Below, piece after piece: positions 37,778 through 42,165 of a stretch of 42,165 bases of DNA. The position numbers were made by a program, and so were the translations under genes. The notes beneath the pieces are model-generated. The model saw only the letters and a program-made list of their open reading frames with translations. It did not search any database and was not told the DNA's origin. Each line of letters starts with the position of its first letter. The stretch's first letter is position 1. The stretch lies in contig WAKA01000080.1 of NCBI GenBank assembly GCA_015523565.1, forward strand, positions 1 to 42,165. The letters are read 5' to 3'. The DNA comes from Candidatus Heimdallarchaeota archaeon (GTDB taxonomy: Archaea; Asgardarchaeota; Heimdallarchaeia; Heimdallarchaeales; Kariarchaeaceae).

Positions 37778-38779
37778 CTAACCTGCAAGCCTCCTCATGA
37801 GAAACTCCAACGGCCCCCGCCTGTACCTCTTGAGCCAATAGTGGCTGAATGCAACAAGGAATCCAAAAAAAGCCGTTGAATAGACGGCAAAGAAGGTGAA
37901 ATCAGGCTCCAGAATCCCAACCGCGAACAGGATGCCCAGCCCAATGACAACATGGACCACATAGATTGTCAGGGACATTCGACCCGTTTCCGCAAGCCAA
38001 CCGAGCCTAAAATGATCCGTGGCATATGCGCAAAGGATGACCACCATGAACGCCGTACCCGTCCCCATAAATATGAAAAAGGGGAAGGGGGGCATGGGCT
38101 GGGTTCCAAGGACATATGCAGTGTCCCCACCCATGGCAGAGCCGATTCTTGACACTAGAAATGACGGGATCACCAAGGACATGCCAATCAGCAGAATTCG
38201 CACCCTAACCCTTGTATCCATAAGATCCTGCCTCCCCAGCCAGATCCCCGCAACCAAGAACGAAAGCCAAGGGAACACAGGATGGAACCCGTTGTAAAAC
38301 AAATGCCTCACCATGCCTACAGGTGTCCAAAAATCATTGTAGGTGAAGGTGTCGAAATCCCAGCCCGTCTCATAGTCAATAATCGGAACCAACAGCAGAA
38401 ACCCGACCATGGAAAGAATGTATGCCAATAACAGCCACCCATTGCCCACCTTCACAAGGAACGCCCCAAACAGCAGATACACCCCGTAAAAATGCAGGAT
38501 GTCTGCTGGCCACAACGGTGAATAAAGCAGACCAAGGACAAACAGGAAAACCGCCCGCCTAAGCAATATCCCCTGCCCCCCTGCCTTCCTCGAAACCAAC
38601 AGGGACAGCCCAACCCCTGCCAAGACAACAAATGTAGCCGCCGCCTTGCCCTCAATGATGACCACCAGCCAAGACCAGCGGCTTTCAGGACTCCCCAAGA
38701 CCAGCCAGAAATTAACCAAAATCATCCCATAGATGGCAAAGGACCTTGCAACATCAAATGCAACAATACGATCCCGCAT
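37778..38779 (-). CDS. DUF418 / HGSNAT-like multi-pass membrane protein
   Basis: RIVAFDVARSFAIYGMILVN, DILHFYG, GRMSLTIYVVH, RGPLEFLMRR. Confidence 0.82.
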   Translation of the reverse strand: MRDRIVAFDVARSFAIYGMILVNFWLVLGSPESRWSWLVVIIEGKAAATFVVLAGVGLSLLVSRKAGGQGILLRRAVFLFVLGLLYSPLWPADILHFYGVYLLFGAFLVKVGNGWLLLAYILSMVGFLLLVPIIDYETGWDFDTFTYNDFWTPVGMVRHLFYNGFHPVFPWLSFLVAGIWLGRQDLMDTRVRVRILLIGMSLVIPSFLVSRIGSAMGGDTAYVLGTQPMPPFPFFIFMGTGTAFMVVILCAYATDHFRLGWLAETGRMSLTIYVVHVVIGLGILFAVGILEPDFTFFAVYSTAFFGFLVAFSHYWLKRYRRGPLEFLMRRLAG

Positions 38780-38807
38780 AATTGCAACTTGTCCATTACC
38801 TTATTAT

Positions 38808-38970
38808 TGTTTTCCAGAACTGTATTGCTTTCCAGAACTGACCATACCGTTTTTCTGGACTGATCAAACCGTTTTTCTGGACTGATCAAACCGTTTTTCT
38901 GGACAGACCAGACTGCTTTTCTGGGGAACCAAATTGTTTTTGTGAACCGAACACACTGCTTTTTTGGGAT
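38808..38970. repeat. Tandem 22-bp repeat array CCGTTTTTCTGGACTGATCAAA with degenerate flanking units
   Basis: Exact units at 38847 and 38869, a near-exact unit at 38891, and degenerate units on both sides (about 7 in total). Confidence 0.85.
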
Positions 38971-39187
38971 CCATGCTTTCCCAGACCATAAAACAGAACA
39001 AACACACATACCCCGGTCCAATCCACCAACACCCACCCACAACCAACAAATCCCAAGGAAGAAAAACCCCCATCAAGAAAACAATCACACCAAACAAGAC
39101 TTTTATTGCATGCCCCCATTTCCAATATATGCCATCGCAATTGACAAACCATATTGAGCAGGGACAAGCATCCCGCAGGGGGCGGAC

Positions 39188-40261
39188 ACGATAAGCGAAT
39201 ACAATGGAGTGACCCTCTGCCGAAACGATGCCGAAGTGCTCAAGGAACTAGAAGAACAGATCAAGCAAATCCCACATGTCCCCGAAATCGATTGGGACAC
39301 CTTCGGCTTTACGGTGGAAAACCAAAGGGTAACGGGATTGGGACTCTACAACATGGACGTGAACAGCCTCCCTGAAAGCATTGGGAACCTCCAGAACCTT
39401 CAGAAGCTGAATGCCAGCGGCAACAGCCTAACCTCCTTCCCCGAAACCATCGGCAAATCCACAAACCTCCAATATCTGGGACTGGATGACAATAAACTGC
39501 ATTCCCTCCCCGAAACCATCGGCAAGCTAACCAACCTCCAATACCTGAATGCAGCAAGCAACAGGTTGACGACCCTGCCCGAAACCGTGGGAAACCTCCA
39601 TAACCTCCAAGAATTGTATGTAGAGGACAACCAATTGACAGACCTCCCAAAAAGCATCGGGATGCTCAAAAACCTCAAACTACTGTATGCATTTGAAAAC
39701 AGGCTGACAGCACTCCCAGAAACCATTGGCAACCTGACAAAGCTCCTGAACCTCAGGATATACCACAACCAGTTGGCAACATTGCCCGTTTCAATCAAAA
39801 AACTCCAGAACCTCCAAGACCTCCATGCGTACAACAACCTACTGACAGCCCTGCCTGAAACCATAGGGGAACTCCAAAATCTTCAGAACCTGCAGGTGCA
39901 ATACAACAAATTGAACTCAATTCCCGAAAGCATAGGGAGGCTCAAAAACCTCCAAGTATTGTATGTATTCAAGAACAGGCTGACCACGATCCCAGAATCC
40001 ATCGGCAACCTAACCGAACTCGAATATCTGGATGTCTCAAACAACCAATTGACAACACTCCCAGAATCCATTGGCAACCTAACCGAACTCGAATACCTGG
40101 ATGTAGCGGACAACCTGCTGGAAACATTCCCTGAAAGCATTGGAAACCTCCTGAAACTCCAAGAATTAAGGGCATTTGGCAATCAGTTGTCTGCCCTCAC
40201 CGAGAACGCGGAATTGGCATTGGACAAGCTGATACAAAAGGGCTGCTCCATCACCATATGA
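39188..40261 (+). CDS. Capped LRR protein with twelve 23-aa repeats
   Basis: LPE(S/T)IGNLxxLxxLxxxxNxL repeats. Homology to the 36792 paralog begins at ACG 39188; first canonical start is GTG 39209. Confidence 0.9.
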   Translation, partial: TISEYNGVTLCRNDAEVLKELEEQIKQIPHVPEIDWDTFGFTVENQRVTGLGLYNMDVNSLPESIGNLQNLQKLNASGNSLTSFPETIGKSTNLQYLGLDDNKLHSLPETIGKLTNLQYLNAASNRLTTLPETVGNLHNLQELYVEDNQLTDLPKSIGMLKNLKLLYAFENRLTALPETIGNLTKLLNLRIYHNQLATLPVSIKKLQNLQDLHAYNNLLTALPETIGELQNLQNLQVQYNKLNSIPESIGRLKNLQVLYVFKNRLTTIPESIGNLTELEYLDVSNNQLTTLPESIGNLTELEYLDVADNLLETFPESIGNLLKLQELRAFGNQLSALTENAELALDKLIQKGCSITI

Positions 40262-40411
40262 TAGGGGAGCGACTTGACATGACCCTTGCACCATACTCTG
40301 GCATGTCCCCTGCACCATGTCTGATAACATCCGGGATCACCCTGATTCTAGCATCTCCTCTTACCATCCCCTGACAGGACACCCTGAAGTGTGAAGAAAC
40401 ATGTAAACCAG

Positions 40412-40777
40412 TCATGGCATTGGGGGAAAGCAATGGATTTCACCTGAAGTTGCCATCAACTGCACTGCAACCTCTGCATCAAACAAGCCCCGCCTAAGTA
40501 TCTCCGCCCACAGTCCCTCGGCATTTGAGGCAGTGGAAGGAATGCGATAGCTCTGCTCCCTCCCCTTGACAAATATATAGATGTCATCAGGCTCTGGAAA
40601 TTCACCTGTCTTGTAGCATACACGCACAATGTCATCCCACCCAATGGTCGCATCCCATGCATTGTGCCCTGGAGGACTTACGTCCAATGAAATCACCTGT
40701 TCATTGAAGGATATCAAGTACCAATCCATAAACCATCTTGTCCTTCCAAGTAAAAGAAATTTACTGATCAAACGCAT
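40412..40777 (-). CDS. Hypothetical protein
   Basis: Globular-looking segment WDDIVRVCYK...DDIYIF...SYRIPS...LWAEILRRGLFDAE. Start placed at MRLISK (40777) because the 5' extension runs into a repeat. Confidence 0.6.
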   Translation of the reverse strand: MRLISKFLLLGRTRWFMDWYLISFNEQVISLDVSPPGHNAWDATIGWDDIVRVCYKTGEFPEPDDIYIFVKGREQSYRIPSTASNAEGLWAEILRRGLFDAEVAVQLMATSGEIHCFPPMP

Positions 40778-40854
40778 GTGGGGTTTTGCAGGATTCACAG
40801 GGTTCCGGGAAACCACCATAGCCTTTCGTTCAAAGGAAACACCACAGCCTGCAA

Positions 40855-40951
40855 CCATCTCCACTGCACTTTACCATCTCCACAACACCCAACATCTCCA
40901 TAACCCATAACCATCCCCACAACCTTTAGCCATCTCCACAGCCATCCCCCC
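40855..40951. repeat. Degenerate ~19-bp-period repeat with CCATCTCCAC core
   Basis: Cores at 40855, 40874, 40892, 40911, 40930 and 40942. Confidence 0.7.
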
Positions 40952-40960
40952 AAAAGCAAT

Positions 40961-41569
40961 TCAGAGACCGTGCAACCATTCGGCAATACCGGACATGACC
41001 AACTGGATCCCCAAGGTGATGATCAGAAGCCCCGTAATCTTGACCATCGCCACCGTGGCATTTTTCCCAAGCCTCGAAGTGATCGCCTCCGCATGTTTCA
41101 GAAGGAGATAGGTCACCCCAAGGCAAAAAAAGACGGAAAACACAAGGGCAATGTAAAGACCATTCAATGCGGGAGACGAAACTGAAGAAAAGAGAATGAC
41201 CGCAGTTATCGAACCAGGACCCGCAATGACGGGAAAACCCAGCGGAACTGCACCTGTTGTCACATCATCCCCTTCCTCCGCCAAAACCCTGCTTTGCATC
41301 GCATCCCACCCGAACTTGAAAAAGAGCAGTCCCCCTGCAACCTGCAATGCATACCTTTCCAGACCAAGACCCTTCAGAATAAGATTGCCAAGAAAAACAG
41401 AGACCAAAAGGACAACAAGCGCAAAAAGTATCCCCTGCCTAAGAACAACCTCCTTCTGCCCCTTGCCAAGATGCGAGGTAAGGGAAAGGTAGGTGGCAAG
41501 CACAGCAATCGGGTTGATGGTCACCAAGAGCGTCACGAAAACATCCAATCCAGCAGAATAGGCAATCAC
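40961..41569 (-). CDS. MarC family membrane protein
   Basis: TINPIA, AGGLLFF, VPLGFPVIAGPGSITAVI, KITGLLIITLGIQ. Start trimmed to GTG ~41569 to avoid overlap with the divergent regulator. Confidence 0.88.
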   Translation of the reverse strand: MIAYSAGLDVFVTLLVTINPIAVLATYLSLTSHLGKGQKEVVLRQGILFALVVLLVSVFLGNLILKGLGLERYALQVAGGLLFFKFGWDAMQSRVLAEEGDDVTTGAVPLGFPVIAGPGSITAVILFSSVSSPALNGLYIALVFSVFFCLGVTYLLLKHAEAITSRLGKNATVAMVKITGLLIITLGIQLVMSGIAEWLHGL

Positions 41570-41676
41570 ATGTGACCATTCCACCCATCCCCTAAATAAT
41601 ATTGTGACTAGAGAATTGGCCAATCTGTACGCACCCCATGGAAAATTCTTTTCTATACCGTACAAATTGAACCACC

Positions 41677-42153
41677 ATGAAACATGACATCGATGAACTT
41701 GACCTGGAAATCCTCCGAATCCTGAGAAAGGACGCCAGAACCCCAATCAAGTCAATCGCAGAACAGCTTGGACGAAGAAGGGCCACAATCCACAGCAGGA
41801 TCCAGAAACTTGAGAAGAACGGCATCATCAGGAACTATACCATCGCACCGGATTTCCGAAAGCTTGGAAAGCCCATCACCGCCTTCCTCCTGGTCAGCAT
41901 CCTGCCTGAAACCATACAAATCGAGGATTCCCTTGAAACCCTCAGCAGGAAACTCGCCAATTTAGAGCATGTCGTGGAAGTCTTCAATATCACAGGGGAA
42001 TATGACTATTTGCTCAAGGTCAGGGTGGACAGCCTTGAGGTCATAGGAAGCGACCTGATCTTCAAATTGCGAAAGGAATACGGGATCGGACGGACATTGA
42101 CCCTGACGGTCTTCCATACTGAACAGGAAGAGCTAACGCATGCAAACCTCTAA
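41677..42153 (+). CDS. Lrp/AsnC family transcriptional regulator
   Basis: IDELDLEILRILRKDARTP...RIQKLEKNGII HTH and the ITGEYDYLLKV RAM domain. Confidence 0.93.
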   Translation: MKHDIDELDLEILRILRKDARTPIKSIAEQLGRRRATIHSRIQKLEKNGIIRNYTIAPDFRKLGKPITAFLLVSILPETIQIEDSLETLSRKLANLEHVVEVFNITGEYDYLLKVRVDSLEVIGSDLIFKLRKEYGIGRTLTLTVFHTEQEELTHANL

Positions 42154-42165
42154 TACTGCCAAACA

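Noticed and set aside
38808-38970. CRISPR array
   Set aside because: Units are head-to-tail with no unique spacers, and no cas genes are present.
38722-39375. Overlapping 65-106 aa ORFs in the DUF418-LRR gap
   Set aside because: They arise from tandem repeats and low-complexity A/C-rich DNA and have no protein motifs.
39188-40261. Diversity-generating retroelement target
   Set aside because: No reverse transcriptase, no template repeat and no adenine-specific mismatch pattern in the window.
1-42165. Genome-wide reassignment of TAG or TGA
   Set aside because: Both codons terminate several full-length genes at their expected C-termini, and only one internal instance of each was found.

Overview
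Gene-dense chromosomal window, most likely from an Asgard archaeon, probably Heimdallarchaeia-like. This is inferred from several longin-domain proteins, a longin/DENN-like protein, an LRR-small-GTPase fusion, capped LRR paralogs, an Lrp/AsnC regulator, a Thermococcales-type alpha-amylase, GGTGA-type ribosome-binding sites and S/T-linker + short TM + basic-tail surface anchors. The left two thirds hold secreted or anchored hydrolases (two GH13 amylases, S1/P1-like nuclease, M1 peptidase, LTD-EEP-FN3 nuclease), housekeeping enzymes and eukaryotic-signature-type proteins. The right third (>33 kb) looks more GC- and A/C-rich, has a different short tandem-repeat array in several intergenic gaps, and carries two capped LRR paralogs and a decayed VapBC module. 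Best candidates for undescribed biology: (1) three [degenerate receiver domain - helical bundle - longin] modules on two genes flanking a class-3 lipase; (2) an RHH+winged-helix protein behind a two-motif, 34-bp-phased DNA array; (3) an RNase III+dsRBD with a Mini-III-like signature; (4) LRR paralogs with shared caps and different repeat numbers; (5) in-frame stops and near-cognate starts near the 5' ends of several genes. No rRNA, tRNA, CRISPR array, transposase or integrase was recognised. All family calls come from motif recognition by eye; no database searches were run.
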